Origin: Raillietiella orientalis
Lineage: Eukaryota
Reading direction: 5' to 3'
Assembly (NCBI GenBank): GCA_036172245.1
Contig: JAYWIR010000025.1
Coordinates: forward strand, 1,612,001-1,676,000
Length of the DNA: 64,000 nt
Below are positions 62,451 through 64,000 of this stretch, one piece after another. The position numbers and the translations under genes were made by a program. Every line of letters begins with the position of its first letter. Positions within the stretch are counted from its first letter, which is position 1. A model generated the notes under the pieces. The model was not told the DNA's origin and made no database searches. It was given only the letters and a program-made list of their open reading frames with translations.

Positions 62451-64000
62451 TCCCACCCCTCCGGCACCGCCAACGACTACGTGTCTCCCACCCTCCGCAT
62501 GCGCCCCTCCCCCCACCCCCCGCTTCCGGCTCTGTTCATCGCGGATGAACTCCTTCGCGCTCCTCTTCTTCCCTCCTGAGGCGCTCGCGCTCTCCCGACA
62601 GCGCTTCCTGGATGACGTCACTTCGAAGCGGAAGAAACGGCTGAGGGAAGGAGAAAGGAAGTTGGCCCGCAGGGGACGAAGGCGACAGAGGGCTTCTGCC
62701 CCTATGCGTTCCCGAACGGGCCGTCGTAGGAAGACCTCCTCGAGTCGGACCTCCGCCCTTCCACCTTCTTCAGAGCCGCGCTCGCCTCGCCCCGTGCCGA
62801 CGTGTTCCGTTCCGTCCGTCGCAGCCTCCCCCCCCCCCTCTCCTCCCGCGCCTCCCCGTCTGCCGAGCGAGAGGGACCGAGCGCATCCCGACCGGCGTCC
62901 CGCGCGCATTCCTCAAGGCCGCGTCGCCTCTAGAGCGACTCGAATAGCCGAGCGCGTGCTGCTCCCTCCGGCCTTCAGGCGAGGTCACGGGGACGAGAGG
63001 AACGCCGAGAAGGCGCGCTCGCTCTCACGCACGCACGCCAGGGCTCCAGCCTCATCACCAGCCTTGACGTTTTTGTCTTTCAAGGACGTCTCATTGCTGA
63101 TCCGAAGGGGGAGGGGGGCCGGTTGGCGGAGTCTGCGACCCTTCGGAGCGAAGGCCGGAGGGTCGACCACGATCCGAGAGGAGACCCGGGGAGACCGAGA
63201 GACTGCTGGAATGGGCGCCTCGCCGGCTCACGAGAGGAGGCCGACGCCGACCAGGACCTTCCGCGCGGACTGGTGGGCAGGTATGCCCACCATCGGTCGC
63301 GGTCTCTTCCCAGTCCCTCCGATGGAACCCGCCGAGCGAGACAGGGCGTCGCCTCGGGCTACTTCGAGGAGAAGAAACTTCCTGATGACGCTGGGCCTCC
63401 GGACAGAGCCCGTGTTGCCTAAGAGACGTTGCAGGGATCCGTCGCTTCCGCAAACAGTCGTTCTGCCTTCCCAGCCCCGGGGCAGCGGTGGTAAAGACCC
63501 GATGAAATGAAGCCTCCTTCTGGGAACCCACCCAGAAAGAATCGTCGACTTCGCGGGAAGGAAAGAGTCTACAGGTCAGCACGTCTATCCCAGTCGTCAC
63601 GGAGAATCCTCCGGCCACCGGTTCAGCCTGAGGAAAGACGGGGCGCTGCAGCAGCGACTGGAAGGACGTTTGTGTTGGGTCGCGTCCCGCGCTTCTGAGA
63701 GCCAGAGAGAAACCTGGAGCTCCGGCCAGTGGTGCAGACCGAAGGAAGATGGAGGTCCCGTGCTTCTTCAAGGGACGCCAAGGAAGGGGGAGAAAAGGAG
63801 AGGTCAGGCGTCTTTTCCTGCGCCTTTTCTCTCCCTCTGCTCACATGGGGACGAGGGGTCACCTTTGAAACGGGAGCAACCTGCACATGCCGGTTGGTTC
63901 CCCGGAACCTCAGAACGGCTCTAAGCACCGAGTGACTCGCAGAACGGAAACAGAAAGGTCACGCCCTCCAGCGTGTTCCCAGAGTCAGCAAGTTGGGACG

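Noticed and set aside
61533..63510. Long ORFs of 527 aa (+) and 458 aa (-)
   Set aside because: Both are Arg/Pro/Ser/Gly-rich and overlap on opposite strands, as expected from high GC. No domain was recognised.

Overview
This is eukaryotic genomic DNA, most likely arthropod judging by its one recognisable gene. It is GC-rich with many homopolymer and purine/pyrimidine tracts, and most ORFs in the track are spurious. The one confident protein-coding gene is a 7-coding-exon dual oxidase maturation factor (DUOXA / Drosophila moladietz-NIP orthologue) on the + strand at 37590-48662. It has a GC-AG intron, an in-frame stop-free 54-nt intron and an apparent 26-nt micro-intron that gates a tail carrying an NxxF motif. 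A 3'-truncated U6 snRNA copy (8060-8140) adjoins an inverted, two-part L1/Tx1-like relic. The rest holds heavily decayed transposon ghosts (BEL/Pao, L1/Tx1, Penelope, Jockey/CR1, CMC/EnSpm and R1-like, all recognised by eye from motifs), a 43-bp minisatellite and a 143-bp duplication. A possible unannotated poly-His gene lies downstream of DUOXA. I found no CRISPR, prokaryotic system, tRNA or rRNA, and cannot firmly support a novel multi-gene system.
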